This document shows, piece by piece, positions 51,578-62,119 of a stretch of DNA of 64,000 nt. Made by a program: the position numbers and the translations under genes. Source of the stretch: an uncultured Nitrososphaerales archaeon. Its GTDB lineage: Archaea; Thermoproteota; Nitrososphaeria; Nitrososphaerales; Nitrososphaeraceae. The stretch is from NCBI GenBank assembly GCA_963709405.1, contig CAVPXM010000063.1, positions 128,001-192,000 of the forward strand, read 5' to 3'. The notes beneath the pieces are model-generated. The model had not been told where the DNA came from. It was given only the letters and a program-made list of their open reading frames with translations, and searched no databases. Numbering within the stretch: the stretch's first letter is position 1; each line of letters begins with the position of its first letter.

Positions 51578-52937
51578 TACCTAATCTTCGTAGCATTCCT
51601 TGCATTTGTCTGCCTTTTGCTTGCTTCATCATAGATTTAGAATTGTGATATTGTTTAATCAGATCCTTAACATCATGTTCTGTCAAACCCGATCCTCTAG
51701 CTATTCGCTTCCTCCTGGAATCATTTACGATTTCGGGATTCGTCTTTTCATTCCTTGTCATAGACTGTATTATAACCCTCCATTTTTCTAGTTTCCCTTG
51801 AATAGCATCCAGATGATCTTCTTTCACCATACCTGAAAGTCCTGGCAGATTATCGATTACATTTCTGAACCCCATCTTACCGACATTCTCCATTTGAGCA
51901 TAAAAGTCTTCGATTGTCATTTTTCCGCTAAGTAGCCTCTTTGCCTGATTTTCGTCACCCTGCAATTCCAACCCCTTTGCCATATCAAGAATGGCCTTTA
52001 TATCGCCCATCCCTAGCAGTCTTCCTACAAATCTAGTGGGTGAAAATTGTTCTAAATCGTCGATGCGCTCGCCAGTTCCTATGAACATCACTCTGGCACC
52101 GGTTGCAGCCGAAGCTGCAATTACGCCTCCTCCCTTTGCTGTTCCATCCAATTTAGTTATTACTATACCACCGACCGGCGCGGTATCGTGAAATACTTTT
52201 GATTGGTTATAGGCTTGCTGCCCAATAGTTCCGTCAATAACTAACAGAACGAGATCTGGTTTGGAGATGCCATACATTGATTTCATCTCTTCGAGTAAGC
52301 CGCTTTCATCTTTGTGTCTACCTGCAGTGTCGATCAGTATCACATCAAGATTTTCAGGCAGGAAATGTTTTAACCCATCCCTTACAATTCCAACTGCATC
52401 TTTATTGGTTTCCTCACCATATACTTCTACATCTATTCTGCTACAGTTCATTTTTAGCTGCGTCAAAGCACCTGGCCTCCAGGTGTCTGCCCCTATTACT
52501 CCAACACGGTATCCTTGCTTCGTCAGCCATCTAGCAAGCTTTGAGGTCACAGTTGTTTTTCCACTACCCTGAATTCCTAGCATGAGGATTATATTCTGCT
52601 TTCCAGGACGTAACGGCAAGGTATCGGCCACTATTTCTGCTGACTTATCAATATTTTTGATAGTTTCGCCGCTATATCCTAAGAGTCTGGAAAGTTCTCC
52701 ATATAAAATTGTAATAATATGATCTTTTCTTGCTAAACCTTTGGGAGGCTGTTCGTTTAGGGCGCGATCTTTTAAGTTCTTAGTAATCGAAATAACTAAC
52801 TTGACGTTCACATCAGATTGTAAGAGCGCTCGCTGGACATCTTTACATAGAGAATCTATTAACTCTTCATTGATGTCTGATGCACCTACGACCTTCTTCA
52901 GCGCATTTCTTAAGCCAGTACGCAGATTGTCAAACAT
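51570..52937 (-). CDS. srp54: Signal recognition particle 54 kDa protein
   Basis: GIQGSGKTT, DTAGR, TKLDGTAKGGG, M domain with RIARGSG. Confidence 0.97.
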   Translation of the reverse strand: MFDNLRTGLRNALKKVVGASDINEELIDSLCKDVQRALLQSDVNVKLVISITKNLKDRALNEQPPKGLARKDHIITILYGELSRLLGYSGETIKNIDKSAEIVADTLPLRPGKQNIILMLGIQGSGKTTVTSKLARWLTKQGYRVGVIGADTWRPGALTQLKMNCSRIDVEVYGEETNKDAVGIVRDGLKHFLPENLDVILIDTAGRHKDESGLLEEMKSMYGISKPDLVLLVIDGTIGQQAYNQSKVFHDTAPVGGIVITKLDGTAKGGGVIAASAATGARVMFIGTGERIDDLEQFSPTRFVGRLLGMGDIKAILDMAKGLELQGDENQAKRLLSGKMTIEDFYAQMENVGKMGFRNVIDNLPGLSGMVKEDHLDAIQGKLEKWRVIIQSMTRNEKTNPEIVNDSRRKRIARGSGLTEHDVKDLIKQYHNSKSMMKQAKGRQMQGMLRRLGIG

Positions 52938-52942
52938 TTAAT

Positions 52943-53633
52943 TTACACTCTTACCAATGAAGCATCCGATATTTCAAATATCCCACTAAGGCGATCCCAA
53001 GAAATGGACCATTTTGTTATTTCAAGACGGTTGTTGTGATATAGAGGGCGAGCTAACCACTAAGGTTTCTGCCTCGCCACCTTCAAAGGAAATGTGAAAC
53101 CCATATTTTTTACTTAGCAACAATAATTGCTCTAGCGACTTGCTATCAATCGATTTACCTAGCCATTGCAAATCTAATCCCATTGCTGATACTCGAGTCA
53201 TGATAAATTCAAATCCATTCCTAATTAGTTCATGCATATATTCAATTGGTTCCCTATTCCATAAAGGCGCAATCATAGTAATACCGTGTTTCTGGCACAG
53301 ATTCTCAAATGCCTGCTTTTGAAACCTACTAGATATACCACCGTGTACTAACCCTTCTATTTTGTAGGCCTGCATAGCTTCTTTAATGGAGCTGTCCAGC
53401 TCCACTGACTCATCATGTACGGTCTGGCCTGTCGAGTCTCTGATGAGTAATGGGATTTCCATTGCCTGTGCAAGATACTTAGTTATCCATATATCTGGAA
53501 AGTGAAATAGCATACTCTCGTCAGACGTCGGCTTCATAGTTATGAGGCAGACCACTTCGTGTCCATTTTGTCTTGCAGAGTATATAGAATAAGTGCTATC
53601 CTTACCCCCAGAAAAAAGTGCTCCCAATTTCAT
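52943..53633 (-). CDS. dph6: Diphthine--ammonia ligase (1-bp frameshift near 53047)
   Basis: LFSGGKDS, PLW, FEGGEAET; removing one base extends the C-terminus to SPLYHNNRLEI...DASLVRV*, ending 5 bp before srp54. Confidence 0.88.
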
Positions 53634-53682
53634 TTTGGTTAATGATTTTCAATGATATTGTATATATGTCATATTACATCAC

Positions 53683-54689
53683 GGCTATGTAGAAAACATC
53701 GCATTAATGAGAACGCCAGTTAGCCTATGCTCGATATGCGGTATGCATTTGAAGGATAAATCTCTTTTGGATTCTTATTGACCTTGATGTAATATTTTCT
53801 AGAAATAGCCTTTTTATGACTGATATTCTAGTCAATCCTTATTGTTTCGTTGATTTTACAACAATTTGGAATAGTCGCGGTTCATGTGTTTGCTTCCTAT
53901 ATATAGTTACCATGTGCCCTCCATTTCTGCACCTGTCCCCTATCTTGCAGATGTCACACTTAATGCGTGTATGTAGCCTTTCTCTTGCCAAGACAAGAGA
54001 TGGTTCTCTTCATCACTATAGTAACCTTTGTCACATGTAAACCACAGACAATGGCGGGGTTTCAAACGTCCTTGTTCCTATAATAGATTTAAAGTCCACG
54101 TCAACATGTCTTGTTGGAGCTCGTCTTATCTTTATACTCGCAGATTATCTGTTGGAGTAAATTAGGCAGCTATCGTTAATTAATTTTGAATATTTCCTTC
54201 TTCTCAATTTAGCTCTTTCTGTGTAGTATGGTGGTGATGCAAGTGTAACCTTGAATTCAGTCGAATCTATATATACCTGCAAAAATGTGTCTGGTACTTG
54301 TAAGTCTGATGAATGAACAAATTATCTTTATAAGGAGTGTACTATTGATTCTATTTGCAAGCTATTGCAGTGTAGTAAAATGAAGTATACGCACCAATTG
54401 TACGAACAGCCTAAAATAATAGGCTTCAACTAACCAGTCGTTTTACGAACGTGGTAAATCTTACCGTCGTGCTCGCCGTACAGTAAGCAAGACCGTATGC
54501 TGCTCCCATACATTTAAAACATGGTTGTTCTTTTGATGAAGAAACAGTTGCATTCTTAAATTTCTCAAAACACGATATTTCGTATATACTACTCTAACAT
54601 ACCTACTCTATATTTTCTGAATATCCATTGTCCATTATGCTTCTAGAAAGCTTTGATGGAATCTATCCAAAGCATGCTTCTTACAAGCC
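53683..54689 (-). mobile_element. Decayed IS5-family insertion sequence (transposase pseudogene, ~1.0 kb)
   Basis: Minus-strand fragments across frames: WLVEAYY, HFTTLQ, IDSTEFK, LQQIIC, IKIRRAPTRH, DKGY, SVIKRLF, with many stops and frameshifts; ends GGCTATGTAGAAA (53683) and degenerate inverse TTCTTACAAGCC (to 54689); flanks TACATCAC / TACATTAC. Confidence 0.82.
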
Positions 54690-55367
54690 TACATTACGAA
54701 TCATAAACAAGTTAGACGGATCGTCCGAGGAAATTTTAAGAATGCGTACCATCAATGGAACTAAAATATTGCTTGAATAGTGATTCGACTGAAAGTAGCA
54801 AGGTGGTCGTGTATGAACAGAAATCACATCACAGTTGCTGAATGGAAGTATTGGCCAATAACCACATTATTTTTGTAGTGGGCTAATCGCACCAAGATTA
54901 TAAACATATAGGGAATTGTATGTTAATCATAGTAGACCTTCCAGCACCAATGCTCGTTTTTTGCAATTCTCTTGCATAAATATTTTGACATACGTACACA
55001 TGGAAACACGAAGTAAATTATTGGATAGGTGAACGGTATTGATTCGAAGTATTAGATCAAATGAATCTCATGAAGAAATTAAACCTGAAAATCCTAATAG
55101 CAAACCCATTAGCGACGCAATAGCATTTTCTATCATGCTTACTTATAGGATGCCTCAGGGACTCATAATCTTCCTCATATTCATAATGAACACTTAATTT
55201 TCAGTCGGCTCTTCCTATACTTCATCAGCACCCAGAATTGGGTAATAACCTACTCTTATATAGAGTACTGCGAAAATCCTGCGCTGTGTCTTGGTGCTAT
55301 CATGACGCAATTCCTTTTTGAACCGATAGAGATGGATTGATCCCGTAAATGAGTAAGATCGCAATGC

Positions 55368-55375
55368 TTTAAATT
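55368..55375 (+). promoter_or_regulatory. TATA box of tRNA-Cys
   Basis: TTTAAATT 28-35 bp upstream of the mature tRNA 5' end. Confidence 0.5.
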
Positions 55376-55402
55376 GTACTAGTATGAGCTCATTTTAGAT
55401 CT

Positions 55403-55488
55403 GGTAGGGTGGCAGAGCGGCTATGCGTTCGCCTGCAGATATATTGTCAGATAGCGAATCAATAAGGGTTCGAATCCCTTCCCTACCT
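55403..55488 (+). tRNA. tRNA-Cys(GCA) with a 14-nt intron at canonical 37/38 (55439-55452)
   Basis: Acceptor GGTAGGG/CCCTACC, discriminator T, anticodon arm TTCGC-CT-GCA-G[intron]A-GCGAA, T arm AAGGG-TTCGAAT-CCCTT. Confidence 0.93.
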
Positions 55489-55882
55489 TACGAATCAAAG
55501 TATTTCTTAACTGGACAGCAAATGATATGCTTGACCTTTGCGTTATTGCAGTATTCATATGCGGCTGAAAAAGTGGTGTTTTGAGCAAATATATATTTCA
55601 GTAATGAAAGACGGAATTCATGAATACACTTGCTTTACTTGCACTTCTCATCCTTCCTCCCGGAACAGTGAAAAATGAGGGCGTATTCTTCGGGCTGCTA
55701 TTTGTTCTAATAGCTCTAGTCATTTTGGCAATAGTTTTGCGCAAAAGACGGCTCCAGAACTCAGATCATACTGATGATGGATGCGGTTAGGCAACTCGAG
55801 GGGCATTAATATAATATTAAGGATATGTGATACTTGGTAGATCTTGTTCAGTTTATAAAATCCCTCACCATTTCTGATCTGT

Positions 55883-56248
55883 ATGCTCCATAGAATTTGT
55901 AATAATAATACTGATATCACCGAAGGTAAAATGTCGGTCTTCTCAGTAGCAGGAAGCGATATTTTAGTAGGAAGAAAGAATGAAAAATTGTTTGCGTGCA
56001 ATAATTCCTGTCCTCATAGAGGAGCATCATTATCGAAAGGTCAACTTGACGGAGAGAATATAATTTGTTATATGCACGGTTATGAATATAATATTTTCGA
56101 CGGAAGCCTAATTACGATGAAATCTTGGAAAAAGGAATCATCGTGGATTGAACAAAACCCTGAATGGCGAAAGTCGGACCAATTGGTACTGTACAATATT
56201 TTAGAAAATAATGAAGGCATATTCATCGAGATTCCTGAAAAGGTTTAG
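55883..56248 (+). CDS. Rieske [2Fe-2S] ferredoxin
   Basis: CPHRGASL and ICYMHG ligand motifs. Confidence 0.9.
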   Translation: MLHRICNNNTDITEGKMSVFSVAGSDILVGRKNEKLFACNNSCPHRGASLSKGQLDGENIICYMHGYEYNIFDGSLITMKSWKKESSWIEQNPEWRKSDQLVLYNILENNEGIFIEIPEKV

Positions 56249-56483
56249 ATGAAGTAGTAGAATACACCGTTACTCTATTTACTCTATTTCGCTACTGACC
56301 ATAATAATTCAACTTTGATTGCTCTATCGACTTCAGTCACATTAGCCACATTATGGAGTCACTTTGAGAAAAATCTGATATTTCAGGTACCCTTCATAAG
56401 AATAACTGCGTAAATTTTACTTAACGAATTATATGAGAACATTCTAAAAAACGCATAATACAGAACTGACCCTAGGGACTATC

Positions 56484-57200
56484 ATGAATTTAAAGTCGTT
56501 TCTTTATTTAGTATCCATTATACTTATTGTTTTTATCCTTGGGAATCACATAGCACGTAATTCCCTAGTCATTGGGAAATTGGGAAGCTTCGGTCTGTAC
56601 GGACTTGACGATACTAGTAATAACACGAAAGCTATCGGAATATGTTGTTCTTGGAATAAAAATCTCGCTAGTGGAAATCTTAGCTATTCAATAATCAATG
56701 TTAACAAAAGTTTCAAACAAGCGATCGAAGAGGGCTTAAAAGAATGGTCCAAGACGAATACGATTAGATTTGTTGAAGTACCAGATTCCGATACCACGGA
56801 TATCAGAATAAGATATATACCCAAGGAAAGTGCTAATTCTTTGCAAAACGTTTCTAACAATGGGATGATTACGCAAGGCGGCCTGATGGTCGGAAAAACT
56901 ATTGATACCTTTGATAATAACGGCTATATTGCTCGTGCTAATGTGGTAATATACGGCAGTGCCTTTGGAGATTTGCTAGATTTTCAAACATTACGAAATG
57001 TTGCTGCTCATGAAATGGGTCATGCCTTGGGACTAGGACACGCTAGTTTTAACAGTGATCTCATGTTTAACAAGGTCAGCTATGACAAGGAGTTTGTATC
57101 CCAATGCGATATTAACGGAGTGTTAAAGGCAAATCAATGGAAAGTTAGCTATCCCGTAAGTGACCCTAACAAGCAGATCCCTCACACGTTTACTTGTTAA
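56484..57200 (+). CDS. Secreted matrixin (M10-like) zinc metalloprotease
   Basis: N-terminal TM/signal; HEMGHALGLGH followed by Met-turn (DLM). Confidence 0.9.
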   Translation: MNLKSFLYLVSIILIVFILGNHIARNSLVIGKLGSFGLYGLDDTSNNTKAIGICCSWNKNLASGNLSYSIINVNKSFKQAIEEGLKEWSKTNTIRFVEVPDSDTTDIRIRYIPKESANSLQNVSNNGMITQGGLMVGKTIDTFDNNGYIARANVVIYGSAFGDLLDFQTLRNVAAHEMGHALGLGHASFNSDLMFNKVSYDKEFVSQCDINGVLKANQWKVSYPVSDPNKQIPHTFTC

Positions 57201-57427
57201 AGAGTATTAATACAACGCATAAGCACAACAGGAATTATCTTCCATTTGCTCGCTTGGTGATGATATACGATTTTATGACGGCGTAAGTGAGAACCCACCA
57301 ACTCATAATTCGCTATCAATCACCTCAAAGACATCGAGTAGTAGAAAACCAGAGGTAGAACCTATGTTGGAGGAGACTATTTAGCTAGCCTTTACCTTTC
57401 TTATCTAGACTTCGTTGAGATCCATAT

Positions 57428-58087
57428 TTAATATACAGCCCCCACAGCATTCTTTACTTCTCGAGATAGTTCACGATATCCATTTTTATCGATTATGACC
57501 ACGTTAATGCTATCACCAGTTCCTGCATTTCTTCGGATTGCAACTGCTATTGCCTGAAGCGCAATCTTATATGCATCATCCACTTTCAGGTTTTCCTTAA
57601 ATTCTGATTCGAGATAACCGTAAGCGACTGGAGAGCCACTCCCAGTGGATATGAATTTCTCAGTTGTCATTGAGCCAAATAGATCGATATTATATATTTG
57701 TCCGTGTTCCTGATCATTGTATCCAGCCATTATGAGTTGAACGTAATAAGGGTAATAACGCTGATTGAACAGGATGTTAGAACATAATCGAGCTGCAGAT
57801 TTTATTGGCATCAATTTTCGATTTGAAATTCTGTAGATATTCGCGTTATAGCGCATGATATCTACAAGGTTCTGTGCGTCGGCTACTCCGCCTGCAATGG
57901 TCATTCCAAGATGGCGATCAACCTTTTGAATCTTCATTACGTGCTTATCCGCGATAAAAAATCCTGCACTTGCTCGAGTGTCAGCTGCCATAACTACGCC
58001 GTCTACGCACGTCAAAGCACAAGTAGTAGTGCCCTTTTTAATCTGTTCTGCTATTTGATCAGCATACCTGGTGTCTTGTAGGTGCAT
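57428..58087 (-). CDS. psmB: Proteasome subunit beta
   Basis: Propeptide then G|TTT, AADTRAS, AGGVADAQ, STGSGS. Confidence 0.96.
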   Translation of the reverse strand: MHLQDTRYADQIAEQIKKGTTTCALTCVDGVVMAADTRASAGFFIADKHVMKIQKVDRHLGMTIAGGVADAQNLVDIMRYNANIYRISNRKLMPIKSAARLCSNILFNQRYYPYYVQLIMAGYNDQEHGQIYNIDLFGSMTTEKFISTGSGSPVAYGYLESEFKENLKVDDAYKIALQAIAVAIRRNAGTGDSINVVIIDKNGYRELSREVKNAVGAVY

Positions 58088-58746
58088 ATACTATCCCTAC
58101 CTGATCAATACTAAATTTAAGCATTCTCAATCAAGATGATCCTTTGCTACGTTGGCGCAGGTACCGCAGAGTCAAGCTCCGTCTGAACATCCACTTTTCA
58201 TTTGGTGATTAATTTTTCATCGAGGATATTCGTCGGTGAAATTATAAATTCAATATGTTAATTCGTAAAAGTTTGGAGACCGTCTGTCATCGATGAAACT
58301 ATCCTCGAACAGTTCAGATTGTAAATGGGTAGTAGTATTTATGATTACTGTACTGATTGTATAACTTGTGAGAATAGCCTGACACGAGATTCTTTGCGAA
58401 ACTTCAGTATGATCTAGTGTTGGCAAGGGTTGAAATACCGACACCGACTATGGTTCCCTGCTCACGTCAAGAATATGGAAGTGTTAGTATAAGTCGCATC
58501 GAGCTCATGGTGATGTAAGGTAACACCAAATCCCCTAGGTACCGTGCGGTCATCAAGAATGTCAACCTATCAACACACATAAGCTCAAAAATACTTTGCA
58601 CATCAAGAAATAGTACTACTCTTTTGATCGATAATAATGTGATATTTCATAATTGTTTCATAATATACAAAATGTAAGCAAATAATTTAACATGAATGAA
58701 TACCAAGTCTAAACGACGCTAATTCTAGTCAATAGATATATTTCAG

Positions 58747-60198
58747 ATGACATCATATTATTCGTTAGACTTGCAGTGGACATTATTTGACAAAATCTGG
58801 GATGATCATGTCGTCTATCAACGATCCGGCAAACGCGAGGAGCAGTCAGAGCTTCTATATATAGATCGTCATTTAATACACGAGGTTACATCACCTCAAG
58901 CCTTCGAAGGCCTGAGAATCAGCAACAGAACAGTAAGGCGCCCAAACCTAACGTTTGCTACCATGGATCACAATGTACCCACTAGTGATAGGTCACTTCC
59001 GTTAGTAGACAACACTTCAGCGATGCAAATGCAGGCTCTGGTACAGAATTGCAAGGAATTTGGTATTAAATTGTTTGATATGAATAGTCCTAATCAAGGT
59101 ATCGTACATGTTATCGGACCAGAACTAGGCCTAACATTACCCGGGACGATCATCGTATGTGGTGATAGTCATACTTCAACGCATGGCGCGTTCGGAGCTC
59201 TGGCGTTTGGTATAGGTACCAGCGATGTAGAACATGTTTTGGCTACTCAGTGTCTGTGGATGCAGAGACCCGAAAATTTTGAGATAAGCATTACAGGAAG
59301 ATTTAACCACGCCCATGCTCTAACAGCTAAGGATATTATATTAAATGTTATTCGAAGAATAGGTACGGCTGGTGGAACTGGGACTGTTATTGAATATCGT
59401 GGGGAAGTGTTGTCACGATTTTCTATGGCACAAAGATTGACAGTTTGTAACATGTCAATCGAATGTGGCGCAAGGGCGGGCCTCATTGCACCAGATGATA
59501 CCACATTCGAATACATTCGAGGTAGGCGCTTTGCACCAAAAGATGGACAGCTAGATGACCTTATCAATATTTGGCGAAGCAATCTGAGATCAGATAACAA
59601 TGCTAAATTTGAACGATCGTTCTCTATAAACGTGAGTAATTTGGCTCCTCAGATAACATGGGGGACCAGTCCATCCATGGTTATTGATATCACCGATAAT
59701 ATCCCTCATCCTGATGAATTCTCAAATGGTAACGAAAATTTAAAGAAGGCTGCTCTTCGAGCTCTTGATTATATGGACTTGAGGCCAGGAGATCATATCA
59801 CAGATATCAGTGTTGACCGAGTATTCATTGGATCATGCACCAATTCTAGATTGGAGGATCTGCTTGAAGCATCAATTGTAGTAAAGGGAAGATCTGTGGC
59901 TCCAAACGTAAGAGCAATGGTTGTGCCAGGCTCTCAAATGGTAAAATTACAGGCGGAAAAAATTGGGCTAGATAAGATCTTCAAAACCGCTGGCTTTGAG
60001 TGGCGAGAATCTGGCTGTAGTATGTGCCTTGGAATGAACCCGGACGTCCTTTCTCCGGGTGAAAGGTGTGCAAGTACTTCGAACAGAAACTTTGAAGGAA
60101 GGCAAGGAGCCGGAGGGAGAACCCACTTAATGAGTCCCATAATGGCTGCGGCCGTTGCGATCAAAGGCAGGTTTACCGATGTCAGAGAAATGGTTTGA
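58747..60198 (+). CDS. leuC: 3-isopropylmalate dehydratase large subunit
   Basis: [47 protein letters not shown]. Confidence 0.96.
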   Translation: MTSYYSLDLQWTLFDKIWDDHVVYQRSGKREEQSELLYIDRHLIHEVTSPQAFEGLRISNRTVRRPNLTFATMDHNVPTSDRSLPLVDNTSAMQMQALVQNCKEFGIKLFDMNSPNQGIVHVIGPELGLTLPGTIIVCGDSHTSTHGAFGALAFGIGTSDVEHVLATQCLWMQRPENFEISITGRFNHAHALTAKDIILNVIRRIGTAGGTGTVIEYRGEVLSRFSMAQRLTVCNMSIECGARAGLIAPDDTTFEYIRGRRFAPKDGQLDDLINIWRSNLRSDNNAKFERSFSINVSNLAPQITWGTSPSMVIDITDNIPHPDEFSNGNENLKKAALRALDYMDLRPGDHITDISVDRVFIGSCTNSRLEDLLEASIVVKGRSVAPNVRAMVVPGSQMVKLQAEKIGLDKIFKTAGFEWRESGCSMCLGMNPDVLSPGERCASTSNRNFEGRQGAGGRTHLMSPIMAAAVAIKGRFTDVREMV

Positions 60199-60238
60199 AC
60201 GTATGATTATAAAGGTATGTCATAGATAATTAGACTAA

Positions 60239-60826
60239 ATGAAGCAGTTCGAAGCATTCCCCAGTCGAGCAATTCCAATAGATTTAATCAATATCGATAC
60301 TGATCAAATAATCCCCAAGCAGTTCCTTAAATTAGTTCAGAAGACAGGTTATGATAAGTACCTCTTTTACGATTGGCGATTTGATAAGGATGGAAAACCT
60401 AGAGACGGTTTTGTACTGAACGATCCTAAATATCGTGGCAGATCGATCCTATTAGTTCGAGATAACTTTGGAAGCGGCAGTTCAAGAGAGCATGCGGTTT
60501 GGGCACTAAGGGATTTCGGGATCAAGGTCATATTAGCCCCATCGTTTGCCGATATCTTCCATAACAATTGCTTTAAGAACGGAGTCCTACCGATTATCCT
60601 GAAACAGGATGCTATTGAATATTTGTTTAAAGGCGCTGAAACCACAGAAATTAACGTTGACTTGGCAAACCAATGCGTAGTATTTGATACCTATAGCTTA
60701 CATTTTGATATAACGAAATCTAACAAAAGGATACTACTTGAAGGACTGGACGAGATTGGTATGACTCTTCAGCTCGAATCGTACATTTCAAATTTTGAAA
60801 AGAGGAAAACTACCTATGTTCTCTGA
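60239..60826 (+). CDS. leuD: 3-isopropylmalate dehydratase small subunit
   Basis: NIDTDQIIPKQFL, NFGSGSSREHA, SFADIF.NN. Confidence 0.96.
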   Translation: MKQFEAFPSRAIPIDLINIDTDQIIPKQFLKLVQKTGYDKYLFYDWRFDKDGKPRDGFVLNDPKYRGRSILLVRDNFGSGSSREHAVWALRDFGIKVILAPSFADIFHNNCFKNGVLPIILKQDAIEYLFKGAETTEINVDLANQCVVFDTYSLHFDITKSNKRILLEGLDEIGMTLQLESYISNFEKRKTTYVL

Positions 60827-61207
60827 ATAAGGTGTCTCACCCTCGCCCACGGTCTATGCTTGATAACCCTGCCAGACGCTTATTAAGACTAGTTTGTGTC
60901 AAGTTTTCCCATAAGATACATCACGCTGGTTGATGTCTCTATATATATAGTAACTCGTGGTTCGTTTGCCGTGTTTTTAATTGGGCAAGGTCAACATAGG
61001 CGGCGCAGAATCCGTTGTGGCTTGAGCTTTGAAATCCGTTGCTCAGCCATTGTAATGCTACTAATTTCCACATCCGAAACGAAAACCTGAGAGATAGAAT
61101 ATCTGCTCAATTCCTAATAACCACCAATTTAGGCTGTTAGACTGATAGGCACATGTGCTAACGTTCCAAATTACATCAATCAAGCATTGATTAGTGGTTA
61201 TTAGTGG

Positions 61208-61423
61208 TTATTGCTTTTGCTTGTCCTTTTTCGAGGTTTGCCACCAGTCTAGGTAGTCATCACGTGAGAGGCGTCTTCTATCGTCCATTTCGCCTTCTTT
61301 CTTATCTCTCAATTCGTCGAATTTTTCTCTTGAAGCAAACAAACCACAACTCTTACATATAAAATTTTTGCTAACAGCATCAAATTTTAATTCACCACCG
61401 CATTCAGGGCAGAAACTGGCCAA
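61208..61423 (-). CDS. Small zinc-ribbon protein
   Basis: CPECGG...CKSCG; charged tail ending DYLDWW. Confidence 0.8.
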   Translation of the reverse strand: MASFCPECGGELKFDAVSKNFICKSCGLFASREKFDELRDKKEGEMDDRRRLSRDDYLDWWQTSKKDKQKQ

Positions 61424-61699
61424 ATAGTATAAATTCTATCTGACCTAATAAAAGTATTTAGAAGGCAAATGACGTACGATCCGTACAAGAAACTCACAAA
61501 GAGAACCTAACAGCACACCAGTAGGGAACCTCTGTAGTGAATTGAACGCATATCAGTAGTGTTGCAAGTGCAGCATGATAGTCCTTGTTCGACATTTTTG
61601 ATGTAACCTTTTTAGATGAACTTGGTGCATGGACTTTAATCCTCATTCCCGGTAGTGGTCAGTTCGCCCATCTAATGCCATGCACCTAGCAATGATCAT

Positions 61700-62116
61700 T
61701 CATATGCTGCTTATTTTTTTTACGAATAGAGTCCCACTATTAGCATCTACGAATATTCTTTCTTTAGAATCAACCAAAGGTGACATAGCTTCATCGAGTA
61801 GGTTTACCAGTGGTATATTGGAGATCGCACAGCCTGATGCAGTAATAATATCAACCTTCCCCGTGCAAACCATAGCTACAGGTGCTGCGTTCAAGCATCT
61901 CAGTGCGTATATAATGTAAGCGCCTACACTGCTGCCTATAGCATTGGGAAAAACTAATACAGTACCCTTTACAGAGCTCCCAAATAATTCATGATTTTGA
62001 TCTGTGATACTTCCGTTCTCGGGGTTGAGCATCGTAAGGAAGTTGATTGGTTGGATGGTAGTGAGGGCATCTCCGATTGCTTGGCCACCAACGATTCTAT
62101 GACATTTGACTATCAA
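61700..62116 (-). CDS. Aconitase X swivel subunit (DUF126), putative phosphomevalonate dehydratase small subunit
   Basis: G.I.D..HEL.G.S..G.VLVFP...GSSVG motif. Confidence 0.88.
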   Translation of the reverse strand: MIVKCHRIVGGQAIGDALTTIQPINFLTMLNPENGSITDQNHELFGSSVKGTVLVFPNAIGSSVGAYIIYALRCLNAAPVAMVCTGKVDIITASGCAISNIPLVNLLDEAMSPLVDSKERIFVDANSGTLFVKKISSI

Positions 62117-62119
62117 TTA

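Noticed and set aside
53816-54040. 74-aa Cys/His-rich ORF in the track
   Set aside because: Its listed translation reads off the strand opposite the decayed IS5 transposase; a shadow ORF
60990-61215. AATCCGTTG x2, a GGCTTGAGC/GCTCAGCC hairpin and an ATTAGTGGTT tandem between leuD and the Zn-ribbon gene
   Set aside because: Short matches compatible with chance or local slippage
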